From the NCBI RefSeq assembly GCF_009914755.1, contig NC_060932.1: a stretch of DNA of 64,000 nucleotides; one strand, written 5' to 3'. Source of the stretch: the human T2T-CHM13v2.0 reference genome, Homo sapiens. The notes under the pieces are model-generated. The model was not told where the DNA came from. It did no database searches and saw nothing but the letters and a program-made list of their open reading frames with translations. Position numbers and translations under genes: made by a program. Every line of letters starts with the position of its first letter. The stretch's first letter is position 1. Shown here piece after piece: positions 63,325 through 64,000 of this stretch.

Positions 63325-64000
63325 CACAAAAGCAAAAACTGACAAATGGAATCTAATTAAACTAAAGAGTTTCTGCACTGCAAAAGAAACTATTAACAGA
63401 ATAAACAGGCAACCTACAGAATAGAAGAAAATTTTTGCAAACTATGCATCAGACAAAGGTCTAATATCCAGCATCTATAATACACTTAAATTTACAAGAA
63501 CAAACCCCAAGCAACCCCATAAACAGTTGGCAAAGGACATAAACAGACACTATCCAAAAGAGGGCATACATGCAGCCAACAATCATATGAAAAAAAGCTC
63601 AACATCAGTGATCATTAGAGAAATGCAAATCAAAAGCACAGTGAGACACTGTCTAACACCAGTCAAAATCGCTACTATTAAAAAGTAAAAAAGTGGCTGG
63701 GCACAGTGGCTCACGCCTGTAATCCTAGCACTTTGGGAGGCTGAGGTGGATCACCTGAGGTCAGGAGTTTGACACCAGCCTGACCAACATGAAGAAATCC
63801 TGTCTCTACTGAAAATACAAAATTAGCTTGGCATAGTGGTGCATGCCTGTAATCACAGCTACTCAGGAGCCTGAGGCAGGAGAATCGCTTGAACCCAGGA
63901 GGTGGAGGTTGTGGTGAGCCGAGATGGTGCCATTGTACTCCAGCCTGGGCAACAAGAGAAAAACTCCATTTCAAAAAAAAAAAAAAAGTAAAAAAGTAAC
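63325..64000 (+). mobile_element. 5'-truncated L1P ORF2 fragment interrupted by an AluSp-like element (63695-~63985)
   Basis: Translation [31 protein letters not shown] is L1 ORF2p; Alu TSD aaaagtaaaaaagt. Confidence 0.9.

Overview
Primate genomic DNA (human or a closely related great ape). It is repeat-rich, with no conventional protein-coding gene. I recognise bases ~1-21.1 kb as the 3' end of the lncRNA PVT1 (8q24.21, + strand). The identification is from memory of the transcript, supported by canonical splice sites at three exons: 16389-16525, 19240-19443 and terminal exon 20854-~21127. The terminal exon's acceptor and ATTAAA poly(A) signal lie inside a MER4-group ERV1 LTR. The remaining ~43 kb is downstream intergenic sequence made of Alu, L1, L2, MIR, MaLR/ERVL LTRs, hAT/Tc-mariner fossils and one SVA. 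Most notable: (1) a spliced small-ORF system across the last PVT1 exons (MKTQLGAVKGFLHV, a 47-aa in-frame variant and a uORF); (2) an SVA with a ~147-bp non-SVA 5' segment, including an LTR12-like piece, inside its TSDs; (3) a MADE1 MITE split by a 336-bp insert with a 20-bp duplication; (4) an internally deleted provirus supplying PVT1's 3' end; (5) a dense octamer/POU motif cluster; (6) a short orphan poly(A) retro-insert. The supplied six-frame ORFs are almost all spurious or repeat-derived. Repeat subfamily calls and boundaries were made by eye and are approximate.
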